63,868 nucleotides of DNA from Gemmatimonadales bacterium (GTDB lineage: Bacteria > Gemmatimonadota > Gemmatimonadetes > Gemmatimonadales > GWC2-71-9): NCBI GenBank assembly GCA_035495075.1, contig DATJGL010000347.1, positions 1 through 63,868 of the forward strand, written 5' to 3'. Of the stretch, positions 53,589 to 62,611 are shown piece by piece. The notes under the pieces are model-generated. The model was not told where the DNA came from, searched no databases, and worked only from the letters and a program-made list of their open reading frames with translations. Position numbers and translations under genes: made by a program. Numbering within the stretch: the first letter of the stretch is position 1; the number at the start of each line of letters is the position of its first letter.

Positions 53589-54358
53589 CGGGCCGCCGCG
53601 CGCTCGGCATTCCCCTGCTCGATCCGGGCGCGGTCCTGCGCGCCCAGGTCCAGCAGATCGAGCTTCGCAACGCTCGCCTCGGGCAACCGGAGCGGTTGAC
53701 CGGTACCGAATACAAATCGATCTGTGCCCATTGTCGCGAGGAGAGTCGCCAGATCGTCTTCCGGCGGTCCCCAGAGCCAGCAGAGATCCCACCAGATCCT
53801 CTCCGCTTCCGTCGGAGTGGACCCGAAGTGAACCTCTTCGACGAAGCCGCGATGCGCGTGGGTCACGAGGAGCCGAGCCGTCGAATGAGAGCGGATCAAG
53901 GCACGCACAGCCGCGGCGGGGAGCTCGGGGGCGCGGTCGTGGAAATGCCGCTGGCGCCCATCCTCGAGGCGGACAGCCAGCAGCAGAAGCTTGCCCGCAT
54001 CGCCACACGCCGCAACCAGGTTGCGCATCACCCGGCCGGCGGGATCGAGGCCGTAGAACGTGGGATCGCAGCGCACGCCGGGCGTACCGGCGGAGATGGC
54101 GTCATCGAGTAGGCGTTCCCAGCCGGAAAGGCCGGGATGGACCGCGGGGATCGGCTGGAGCCTGGGATGGCGGCGGGCCGTCTCGTAGAGCCAGGCGTTG
54201 CCGTCCGCTGGGTCCCTCCAGAAGAATCCGGGAAGATGAGTGGCCCAGCCTCGGTCAATGCCGACTCGATCCATTGACGCAACCACGGCTTCGGGCGATG
54301 TGCCCGGCACCCGGCGAAACGGGTATGCACCGAGGAATAGGTTGACGTCGATCCGCAT
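53585..54358 (-). CDS. Amidohydrolase_2-type metal-dependent TIM-barrel hydrolase
   Basis: It starts MRIDVNLFLGAYPF. A THAH motif lies mid-protein and FGTGQPL near the C-terminus. It is coupled on both sides (TGATG and ATGA). Confidence 0.65.
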   Translation of the reverse strand: MRIDVNLFLGAYPFRRVPGTSPEAVVASMDRVGIDRGWATHLPGFFWRDPADGNAWLYETARRHPRLQPIPAVHPGLSGWERLLDDAISAGTPGVRCDPTFYGLDPAGRVMRNLVAACGDAGKLLLLAVRLEDGRQRHFHDRAPELPAAAVRALIRSHSTARLLVTHAHRGFVEEVHFGSTPTEAERIWWDLCWLWGPPEDDLATLLATMGTDRFVFGTGQPLRLPEASVAKLDLLDLGAQDRARIEQGNAERAAAR

Positions 54359-55158
54359 CAGCCGGCGGGGAACGCGCCCGGGGGAAAGATCGCGGCTGCA
54401 TTCCGCCAGCCAATGCGGGCGACATCGTCGGCGCCGAGCAGATGCTGCAGATAGCCGAGCTTGGCCCAGCCGGTATCGATCGTCAGGTCGCAACCCCAGA
54501 GGAGTCGGCCGACCCCTACACCATCGAGACAGGCCTCGAGCATTCCCCCATCTACCCCGCTACCCGAGAGATCCACGAAGATGTTGGGGAGGTCGCGCAC
54601 GGCGTGCAGTGAGTGAATCCAGTCACCGCCGCCGCCGATGTGCGCCAGAATGAAGCTCACCCGGGGATGCCGCACGGCCAATCGCCCCAGCTCGACGGCA
54701 TCCGACGCTTCCTGACCGGGTACATCGCCTCGGCGGTGCTGCCAGATGTGATGCAGAATCGGGACGCCAAGCTCTCCTGCCAGGGCGGCCACGCAATCCA
54801 CCAGCGGATCGTCCGCTCGGCGGCTCGCGGCGAGCTTGATACCGATCATGCCCGCTGCGATCCCGGTCCGGACCTCACGTTCCGCGTGCGCCGAGTAGTT
54901 CGGGTTGACTGCGACGTACCCGCGGATCCGCTCAGGGTGCGCTCGCTGAAGCTCTCGCAGGGCGCTGTTTGCGTGGGTGAGATCTGCCGGAGACGGGAAA
55001 TAGGTCGGAGAGGTCAGGCCCCACGTGCCGAGAATGGACGCTACGTGAATCGTGATGCCCACCCGCTCGCCGGCCCGGAGCCGGCTCGCGTTCCGCTCGC
55101 GCCAGTCGGGGCGGGCCGACCGCTCGGTGTAGAAGTGGGCATGAACGTCGATCAGCAT
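54358..55158 (-). CDS. Amidohydrolase_2-type metal-dependent TIM-barrel hydrolase (paralogous fold)
   Basis: It starts MLIDVHAHFY. The ILAHIGGG and LWGCD motifs (H-x-H ... H ... D ligands) are present. Confidence 0.7.
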   Translation of the reverse strand: MLIDVHAHFYTERSARPDWRERNASRLRAGERVGITIHVASILGTWGLTSPTYFPSPADLTHANSALRELQRAHPERIRGYVAVNPNYSAHAEREVRTGIAAGMIGIKLAASRRADDPLVDCVAALAGELGVPILHHIWQHRRGDVPGQEASDAVELGRLAVRHPRVSFILAHIGGGGDWIHSLHAVRDLPNIFVDLSGSGVDGGMLEACLDGVGVGRLLWGCDLTIDTGWAKLGYLQHLLGADDVARIGWRNAAAIFPPGAFPAG

Positions 55159-55172
55159 GGCCGGAAGATAGG

Positions 55173-56339
55173 TCAACTTTTCAGTCCGGCTACAACCTCC
55201 TCGAGCACACCCAGTGCCTGGTCTATGGAGGCTTCCGTGTGCGCGAGCGAGACGAAGTTGTACGCCGAGCGTTTGAACAGCAGGCCCCGATCGGCGGCAC
55301 CCCGGGCAACGGCACGGGAGATAGCGTCGCCGGCGAATTGGAGAAAACACATCTGGGGCACACCGCCCACACCGATCAGCAAGCTCGGATAACGGGTCTC
55401 CAGGGCCTTGAATCCTTGCAGTAGGCGCGTCCCGGTTGCTCGGAGCCGGGTCGGTACCTGTTCGCGTTGCACGACGTCGAGCGTCGCGCGCGCCGCGGCC
55501 AGCGAAACGAGTTCCGTGGCGAGAGTGGACGAGATCCAGGTGCGGCTCACGCCGGCCATGACATCCTGCCGCCCCCCCACCAGCGCGAGAGGGAATCCGT
55601 TGGCGATCGCCTTGCCCAGTACCACGAGATCGGGGCGGAGGCCGTAACGTTGGGTGCCCCCACCCAGCTCGAGCCTGCAGGCTGTCTTGATCTCGTCGAC
55701 GATCAGCAGCGCGCCGACGCGCTCGGTCTCACGTCGGAGGACACCGAGCCACTCGGGATCCGGCTCGTGGACCACGATCGGCTCGGTGATGACGCAGGCG
55801 AGCCGGTCGCCGACTGCGGCGATGGTCCGCCGCGTTCCATCCACGTCGTTGAACGGCAGCTCGGCGAACAATGCGCGGGTGCTGGTGGGAACTCCCGCGC
55901 TACCCTCGCACCAGTCGAGCCATCCGTGATAGCCGCAGCCCAGCACCAGATCACGCCCAGTGGCCACGCGGGCGAGCCGCACGGCGGCAGCGCAGGCTTC
56001 CGCACCGGATTTGAGAAAGCGCAGCTGCTCGATCCAGGGCATGAGTCGCCGGAAATCGGCGGCAAGCTCCTCCTCGAGCACGGGCGCAAGCGGCCCCACC
56101 ACGCCGGCCTCTATGGCAGCAATGGCGGCGCGGGCCACCGACGGGTGACCATAGCCGAGCGCGACCGCCCCCAGTGCCATGACCAGGTCGAGATACTCGC
56201 GTCCGTTCGCGTCCCATACCCTCGAGCCTTCAGCCCGGACCATGCGGCCCGGTGGCAGCCAGCTGCCATCGGTGCCGAAAAGAGCCTCCGGCCGTTTGCT
56301 CCGGGTCGAGGTGAAGCCCGCAACGGGACTACCGCTCAC
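55173..56339 (-). CDS. Class-III PLP aminotransferase (glutamate-1-semialdehyde aminomutase-like)
   Basis: The GTG start forms GTGA with the upstream stop. The motifs LKSGAEACAAAVRLAR, GYHGW, DEIKT and the PLP-lysine motif VLGKAIANGFP are present. Confidence 0.75.
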   Translation of the reverse strand: MSGSPVAGFTSTRSKRPEALFGTDGSWLPPGRMVRAEGSRVWDANGREYLDLVMALGAVALGYGHPSVARAAIAAIEAGVVGPLAPVLEEELAADFRRLMPWIEQLRFLKSGAEACAAAVRLARVATGRDLVLGCGYHGWLDWCEGSAGVPTSTRALFAELPFNDVDGTRRTIAAVGDRLACVITEPIVVHEPDPEWLGVLRRETERVGALLIVDEIKTACRLELGGGTQRYGLRPDLVVLGKAIANGFPLALVGGRQDVMAGVSRTWISSTLATELVSLAAARATLDVVQREQVPTRLRATGTRLLQGFKALETRYPSLLIGVGGVPQMCFLQFAGDAISRAVARGAADRGLLFKRSAYNFVSLAHTEASIDQALGVLEEVVAGLKS

Positions 56340-59089
56340 GCGAGCTCGAGCTCCCCGAAGCGGTCCGGAGCCTGACGGTCGCCCCGCAACCACACCCAGC
56401 CACTTCCTCCACTCCAAACCAGCTGACCCGATCGCCGCTCGCGGTCCGGCAACATCTCGTTGACCAGCAGATCGAATCCGATGCGATCGCCATAGGTCCG
56501 GGACTCCCAACCGGGCAAGCGTAGCGCCAGGGTCACGCTGTAGCCGACGTCGCCCGGCGCCCACGCACCGCTGATCATGGCCGGATTGCCGGCGTATCCG
56601 GCAGGCACCTGGACTCGGAGCAGCTGGCCGTCAGGCTCCGGCACGATCAAAAACCCGTATACCTCAGCATCCGGCTCGAGACGGACGTACACCTGGAGTC
56701 CGTCCGAGTGAATGTCGTCCGGCTCGTTGTCGAGCAGCAGCGGCGGCACGTCCGCCGCACGCAGTGCGATGTCGGGCTTGGTGACCTCCACCGCAAGATA
56801 GAGCGCCTCGTCATCCCAGTTTGCATAGGCCAGGGCCGAGAAATCCTCCGGACCGGAATAGGGCTCTTCGCTGCGTCGGTACTGATCCTCATGATCGAGA
56901 GCCAGCGGCGCCGAGGTGTCGAATCCATCGAGCGTGGCGTCAAGCGCAGGGGGAGCGTCCGGCCGGAGAGCTGTCCCGGTCTGCCGGAGAGGCGGCTCAC
57001 GGTTGATCAGCGGCTCGAAGATCCGCGACTCCGGCCTCCGTCCACCGAGGCGAACGATCTCGCCGGTCGCGGTCGCGATCTCCCAGCCGTCAACCACGGA
57101 GTGATGACGATCGGTTTCACCGGCGATGCTTACTGCAATCGCCTCACCCTCGACTCGGATCTCAGCGGGAGTCGGCGCGAGCACCGAGACGAATCGGGAG
57201 GCCCGTCCCTCTCCTTGAAACAACAGGAATGGGGCGTCACCGGTACCCGGTGCACCAGGTGCGGTAGCGCGGACCAATTCGGCGGCCCCGCGTGAGCTCA
57301 AGACCATGGTCTGCCCGCCCCCATCCACCGTCGCCGCGGCGGTCAGCTGCTCGCTCCCGACCACGCAATGCTCTGCTCCCTTCGTGAAGGGACCAGGAGA
57401 TGCGGCCTGTTTCCACGGGCCCGGCGCGCGAACATCCAGCCGACCCGTGAGATGCCAGGGAAGCTCGAGCCGGTGCTCCATATCCCCCGAAAACTCAACG
57501 ACGTCTAGGAGGTAACGTGGCCCCGAGACGACGCTGCGGGTGATCCCGCCGAATCGAGCGCGGACCCAGGCCCACGAGCCTTTCGCCTCGAAGTATTCAC
57601 ACACGGCGTCGCCGGCCCGCTGGGACATAGCGTCGAGCTGGGGCGCGTTATGGGCGAGCGTCGACCGATACCAGAACAGATCGCGCGAGACGTAGCTGCC
57701 GGTGCCGAAGTCGGGCAGCCAGTAGACTCCTCGCTCGTGCAGGGTGAGGTTCAGGCGATCCGGATGGCCATGGCCACCGCCATAGGTGCCGCCCTCCACG
57801 CTTGCGTAGCGACCTCCAGCGCGCAGCACGGCGAGGCCCTGACTCTGAAACAGTGTGCTGCCAGGCTGCCAACGGGAGGCGTCGCCGTCGAATGAAGGCG
57901 CCATCCCGAGCAGCATCCACCAGGAAAGGTCGGCACGCCCACGCCGAGCCGGCGCCGATTCGCCGGCTTCGTGGAGATAGGAGTCGAACAGCTCCGCCGG
58001 CGGGGCGGGTACAGCGTAGAGCCCGGCGAGCCAGTCCGCGATGCCCTGGTGTTCCTCCCCGTCCGTACCGCGCGCAAGCTCCCCGCCCCGTTCCCAGAGC
58101 TCGAGGTACATCGGCTGAGCCAGAGACACGCCGAAGCGGGAGTCCTTGCGAGCGGGAAAGGTTCGATCAGGGAGTGCCGTCAGCGCGGGGGCCCGGAGCG
58201 CCGACTCGAGCCGCCGAGCGAGTTGTGATTCTTCCAGAGGATCTACGCCCACCGAGCGAACCCAATCGAGGCCGATGAGCAGACCGCGCAACGCGAAGAG
58301 GTGGTAGTTCTCGCCCTCGGACCACATGCCGTCAGCGCCGAACCCCTGGATCAGATGGGCCACGAGTCCGCTTGGGCCTTCGACCGAGCGGCGCAACAGC
58401 TCTTCATCCTCGAACCAGACCGCGAGGGCCGCCAGCGCCGCGTTGTGCCAGGTCTGGCGGTTGGAGAGGCCCTCGTCGAACTCCCCGATCAGATTCGCGG
58501 CCTCCTCCCCCAGGCCCGCAACGGCATTCGCCGTGGCGGGATCGAGCTGATCGCTTTCCCGAAGCAGCACGGCCGCCGCCAGGTAATTGGTCAGCCAGAT
58601 CGATTCGAGATAAGTCGAAAAGAAGAGCCGGCTCGGACCGAGGACGTTGTCCCGATTCAGGTACTCGAAGTAGTGCTCGCCGTAGTAAGTCAGAAGCCGA
58701 GACGCGCCGGCCGCAGCCGAGCGGTCACCGGCCAGAGCCGCGACCGCAGCGAGGTGAGCGGCCCGCTCGGCCAGCCAGAGGTGCTGAAAGCGGGCCCACC
58801 ACCGGTCGTGCCTCTCGCCTCTCTGCATCGCGCGACACCGCGGGCACGTGTGTGCCGTGGGGCTCCATGGGTCGAATTGAAGATGGCTAGCGTCCTTGGG
58901 ACAGACGCCGCCGTCCATTGAGAGCAAGGCTTTGGCTGTTGGAATCGGGGGCGCCTGATCGAGCACCGGCCGGGCCCGTTCCAATTGCCGGGCGAGCAGA
59001 GCAGACAAGTCGGGCGACGCCGCGATGACCTCCCGCCGGCCCGCCAGCGACTCCGCGGTCACCACGTGCGAACGCCCTCCCATGACCAT
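56336..59089 (-). CDS. Heparinase II/III-like protein with C-terminal CBM9/DOMON-like domain, no signal peptide
   Basis: It has an alpha/alpha toroid-like N-terminal half and a GGHGHPDRLN...YRSTLAHN motif. The C-terminus ANWDDEALYLAVEVTKPD...DGLQVYV is typical of CBM9-like modules. The start is ATG 59089 or GTG 59062 (GTGA with the upstream stop). Confidence 0.65.
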   Translation of the reverse strand: MVMGGRSHVVTAESLAGRREVIAASPDLSALLARQLERARPVLDQAPPIPTAKALLSMDGGVCPKDASHLQFDPWSPTAHTCPRCRAMQRGERHDRWWARFQHLWLAERAAHLAAVAALAGDRSAAAGASRLLTYYGEHYFEYLNRDNVLGPSRLFFSTYLESIWLTNYLAAAVLLRESDQLDPATANAVAGLGEEAANLIGEFDEGLSNRQTWHNAALAALAVWFEDEELLRRSVEGPSGLVAHLIQGFGADGMWSEGENYHLFALRGLLIGLDWVRSVGVDPLEESQLARRLESALRAPALTALPDRTFPARKDSRFGVSLAQPMYLELWERGGELARGTDGEEHQGIADWLAGLYAVPAPPAELFDSYLHEAGESAPARRGRADLSWWMLLGMAPSFDGDASRWQPGSTLFQSQGLAVLRAGGRYASVEGGTYGGGHGHPDRLNLTLHERGVYWLPDFGTGSYVSRDLFWYRSTLAHNAPQLDAMSQRAGDAVCEYFEAKGSWAWVRARFGGITRSVVSGPRYLLDVVEFSGDMEHRLELPWHLTGRLDVRAPGPWKQAASPGPFTKGAEHCVVGSEQLTAAATVDGGGQTMVLSSRGAAELVRATAPGAPGTGDAPFLLFQGEGRASRFVSVLAPTPAEIRVEGEAIAVSIAGETDRHHSVVDGWEIATATGEIVRLGGRRPESRIFEPLINREPPLRQTGTALRPDAPPALDATLDGFDTSAPLALDHEDQYRRSEEPYSGPEDFSALAYANWDDEALYLAVEVTKPDIALRAADVPPLLLDNEPDDIHSDGLQVYVRLEPDAEVYGFLIVPEPDGQLLRVQVPAGYAGNPAMISGAWAPGDVGYSVTLALRLPGWESRTYGDRIGFDLLVNEMLPDRERRSGQLVWSGGSGWVWLRGDRQAPDRFGELELA

Positions 59090-60054
59090 TCGACCGGCAG
59101 GAGGTGGGCGCCCGCCTCGACCGCAGCACGCCGGGCCGCAGCGACGTCGTCGCCGGCAAGGAAAAACATGCAGCCTCCGGCCCCCGAGCCGGCGGCTTTC
59201 CCTCCCAGTGCTCCGGCGGTGCGAAGTGAGGCTTCGAGCGCCGCCATGACCGGCGTGCACATGGCGGCATCGAGCTCCTGCTGCCGCTGCCAGTTCTCGG
59301 CCATCAACGATCCGATCCGCGGAAGGTCCTCCAGGCGAAGCGCCTCTTCCATCTCTTCGGCGACACAGCGGAGCCGCTGGAGCGCTGCCACGATGCCGCG
59401 CTCCCCGCGCTCGTACCCCTGCATCACGCGCGCGATTGTATTCCCGGAGAAATGCGACGCGCCGGTGTAGCACAGGATGGTGCGCCGCGCGAGCTCGGCG
59501 GCGAATGCGTCGGAAAGGCGCAGCGTGGCAACACGAGCCTCGGGATCGCGAAAACGGAGGACGCTGAAACCACCGAAAGCAGCCGAGAACTGATCCTGCC
59601 GGCCGCCCCGGATTCTTGCCTCGTCGGCCTCGAGACGGCAGGCGACGTCAGCGATCTCTCGAATGGTCGGAGAGGTGTTGTTCGCAGCGGCCAGCGCAGC
59701 GACCAGCGCGACGTCGATCGCTCCGGAGCTGCCCAGGCCCGAGCCTGCCGGTGCTTCCGAATGGGTGCGCAGGGTGAGGGGACCGGATGGCGGGAAGAGG
59801 CGGAGCGCCGCGCGAAGCAGCGGAAGCCCGCAGTCTCGAACCAGGTCGTCGTGGTGCTTCAACTCCACGACCTGATTGAGGTCGTCGGCCACGAGCCGGA
59901 GACAATCTCCTCCCGGGATCACCTCGGCCTCGGCGGACAAGCGAATCGAGGCTGCGACCACCATCCCGCCCTCTCGGATCGAGAACGGTGGCACGTCAGT
60001 CCAACCGCCCGCGAAGTCGAGCCGCACCGGAGCCGTCGCACGTGCCCGCCGCAT
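59059..60054 (-). CDS. GHMP-family sugar kinase
   Basis: It starts MRRARATAPVRLDFAGGWTDVPP. GHMP motif II is EAPAGSGLGSSGA and motif III is GGKAAGSGAGG. The ATG overlaps the upstream stop (TGATG). Confidence 0.8.
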   Translation of the reverse strand: MRRARATAPVRLDFAGGWTDVPPFSIREGGMVVAASIRLSAEAEVIPGGDCLRLVADDLNQVVELKHHDDLVRDCGLPLLRAALRLFPPSGPLTLRTHSEAPAGSGLGSSGAIDVALVAALAAANNTSPTIREIADVACRLEADEARIRGGRQDQFSAAFGGFSVLRFRDPEARVATLRLSDAFAAELARRTILCYTGASHFSGNTIARVMQGYERGERGIVAALQRLRCVAEEMEEALRLEDLPRIGSLMAENWQRQQELDAAMCTPVMAALEASLRTAGALGGKAAGSGAGGCMFFLAGDDVAAARRAAVEAGAHLLPVEWSWEGVRTW

Positions 60055-61586
60055 CAAGGCGATGCCCACCAGTCGTGCACCGTCACCAGCTCTCCCCGGA
60101 GATCCATGTGCACCCCGTGCACCCGCCGGTTCATACCCTGGACACCGCGCGCATGATAAAGGAAGGCTACAGGCATCGAGTCGGCGAACAACCGTAAGGC
60201 TGCTTCGGTATCGCGTGGTGCCGCAATGCCCGTCAGGGCCGCGAGCGGGCCAAGATACCCGAGACCGATATCGCCCGGAATCCCGAGCACCGCGGCATCG
60301 AAATCGTGGCTCGGACCATACAGGCGATCGAGAAATGCGGACAGCTCGAGTTGACGCAGCGTCACCTGAAAGCCGGCTCGCGCCAGCTGCGCCTGGATCA
60401 TCTGCTCGAGAACGCCGTCGCCGCTGCCGACCGAAAGCAGCTCGAAAGGAATGGGCTCACGGGGCGGGGGCGAAACCAGTGGGGAGCGGACCGCAGACGA
60501 GGCCGGGTGAGCGGCCTCTCCCGTGCCGGGGTTTTCCGACGGCCCGCGACTGCTCGTACCGGCACCCGCGCGCTCTCGCCTGCTCTCCGCGGGGACGGCC
60601 TGTTTCGGCCCGTTCGCCCCCGCCGAGGCCATCATCGGCCCGGTCGCCGGGGTCCCGAATCCGTACACGTACCCGTCTACCAGCTCCCGCCGGTTCAAGG
60701 CGGCCGAGACGGCGAGCCTTCGGTCCAGCCGGTCAAAAGGCGGTCGGCGGGTGTTGAAGACCAGCCCGTAGGTGAAGAGCAGCGGGTAGTCGAGCACGTC
60801 CAGACCCGAGTCGCGCCGCACGTACGCGGCGTGAGCAGGTTGAATCCCGGCAAAGTCGAGCTCGCCGGCCACCAGGGCTGCCAGCTTCGTGACCGGCTCA
60901 TCCACCACCGCGAGCACCAGGCGTTCGAGGCGTGGCGGGCCCCCCAATTCCGAAGGGAAATCCGGGTTCGCGGCAAAGACCCAGCGCCGATTGGGATCGT
61001 GTCGCACGAACCGAAACGGCCCGTTGCCGACCGGACGCTGGTTCCACTCGGCCCGCCGCAGTGCATCGAGCGGCACCGAGTCGAGCAAGTGGGCCGGCAG
61101 TATCGCGAGGTCGGTGAGCACATCCGGGAAGCGGTGCTGCTCCACGCTGAAGTCCAGGATGACCGTCGAGTCGTCCGGCGCACTGACCGCCTCGACATCG
61201 GCCAGCTCTGACTGCCGCGGATACCCGACCCGGGGATCACGCGCCGCGTCGAGTGTCCACTGGACATCCCGCGACGTGGTGGGGGCGCCGTCGTGCCAGC
61301 GCAGGGTGGTTACCAGCGCAAACGTGAGGCGCCGCCGATCGTCCGACCAGGTCCAACTCCGGGCAAGATAGGGCCGCGCTTCCAACGCACTGTCATAGCG
61401 GGCGAGCGTAGTGAGCAGGACGTAGCGCTGCACTTGTCGGGCAAGCGGATGGGTCGTCAGCAGCGGATTGATGCTCTGAAGGTCGGCGCCGGAGGCGTAC
61501 AGAACGGTTGCGCCGCGATCGGGCGCCGGATTGCACGCGCCCAACGCGGCCGCCAACCCCAGGCCCCAGGAGAGTCGTCGGATCAC
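60054..61586 (-). CDS. ABC transporter substrate-binding lipoprotein, family 5 (peptide/opine/nickel type)
   Basis: GTG start with the lipobox AALGAC. It has a family-5 SBP pattern (GNGPFRF, DVLDYP). An insert of about 60 aa of low complexity is present. Confidence 0.75.
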   Translation of the reverse strand: MIRRLSWGLGLAAALGACNPAPDRGATVLYASGADLQSINPLLTTHPLARQVQRYVLLTTLARYDSALEARPYLARSWTWSDDRRRLTFALVTTLRWHDGAPTTSRDVQWTLDAARDPRVGYPRQSELADVEAVSAPDDSTVILDFSVEQHRFPDVLTDLAILPAHLLDSVPLDALRRAEWNQRPVGNGPFRFVRHDPNRRWVFAANPDFPSELGGPPRLERLVLAVVDEPVTKLAALVAGELDFAGIQPAHAAYVRRDSGLDVLDYPLLFTYGLVFNTRRPPFDRLDRRLAVSAALNRRELVDGYVYGFGTPATGPMMASAGANGPKQAVPAESRRERAGAGTSSRGPSENPGTGEAAHPASSAVRSPLVSPPPREPIPFELLSVGSGDGVLEQMIQAQLARAGFQVTLRQLELSAFLDRLYGPSHDFDAAVLGIPGDIGLGYLGPLAALTGIAAPRDTEAALRLFADSMPVAFLYHARGVQGMNRRVHGVHMDLRGELVTVHDWWASP

Positions 61587-61639
61587 CGGGTCATTCTACA
61601 GCGAATTGCCGCGAAGTGTGAACCACACGACATTCCGGC

Positions 61640-62611
61640 ATGCTTCGCCCCTTGCTTGTCCGCGCGGCCGCAGGCGTCGCGGTGATCTGGGGTGTCGTGA
61701 CGCTGGTATTTCTCCTGCTCCACGTGGCGCCCGGCAATCCCGCGGAGCTGCTGGTGGGGCCGGCCGCATCACCGAGCCAGATCGCCGCCCAACGTCACGC
61801 GCTCGGCCTCGATCGCCCTCTGCCTGAACAGTACGCGGCCTGGCTGGGCCGCTTCGTGCGGGGGGACTGGGGCACCAGTATCGTCACCGGCCGTCCGGTA
61901 CGCTCGATGCTGCTGGAAGCCTGGCCGGCCACCGCTCGACTCGTAGTGCTGTCGCTCCTCCTGAGCTACGCGCTCGGAATCGCACTCGGCGTCATGCAGG
62001 CCAGTCGCAGCGGCTCCAGGTTCGACACCGCGATGTCCATAAGCAGCGTGACCCTTTTCGCCATGCCAGGGTATTGGCTGGGGCTCATGCTGGTCATGGT
62101 GTTCACCTATCGTCTGCACTTGCTCCCCGCATTTGGAGCCGGTGGACTCGATGCCGAATTCCTGCCTGCCGGAGCGAGGATGGTGGACAGCCTCCGCCAC
62201 CTCGCCCTCCCGCTCACGACGTTGACGTTGATCGGGGTCGGCGGTGTGGCACGGTTCGTTCGCGGATCGATGATCGACCTCGAGGGCAGCGCGTTTCTGC
62301 TGACGGCTCGGGCAAAGGGGCTCGGCTCGAGTCGGGTGCTGATTCGCCACACCTTGCGCAACGCGCTCATCCCGGTCCTTACGCTCCTCGGCCTTTCACT
62401 GCCCGCGGTGTTCTCGGGTACGGTCTTCGTCGAAGCGATCTACGCCTGGCCGGGGGTGGGGCGCGTGCTGGTGGAGGCCGTACAGGCCCGCGACCACCCC
62501 GTCGTACTGGCGGCGGTAGCAGTGAGCGCAGGCCTGGTGGTCGTGGGAAACCTGCTCGCTGAGGCTTTGGTGGCGTGGGCGGATCCGCGTACTCGGACCT
62601 CGCATGCCTGA
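61640..62611 (+). CDS. ABC transporter permease (DppB/OppB type)
   Basis: 323 aa with six TM segments. The N-terminal motif is HVAPGNPAE, and the EAA-like loop is TARAKGLGSSRVLIRHTLRNAL. Confidence 0.85.
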   Translation: MLRPLLVRAAAGVAVIWGVVTLVFLLLHVAPGNPAELLVGPAASPSQIAAQRHALGLDRPLPEQYAAWLGRFVRGDWGTSIVTGRPVRSMLLEAWPATARLVVLSLLLSYALGIALGVMQASRSGSRFDTAMSISSVTLFAMPGYWLGLMLVMVFTYRLHLLPAFGAGGLDAEFLPAGARMVDSLRHLALPLTTLTLIGVGGVARFVRGSMIDLEGSAFLLTARAKGLGSSRVLIRHTLRNALIPVLTLLGLSLPAVFSGTVFVEAIYAWPGVGRVLVEAVQARDHPVVLAAVAVSAGLVVVGNLLAEALVAWADPRTRTSHA

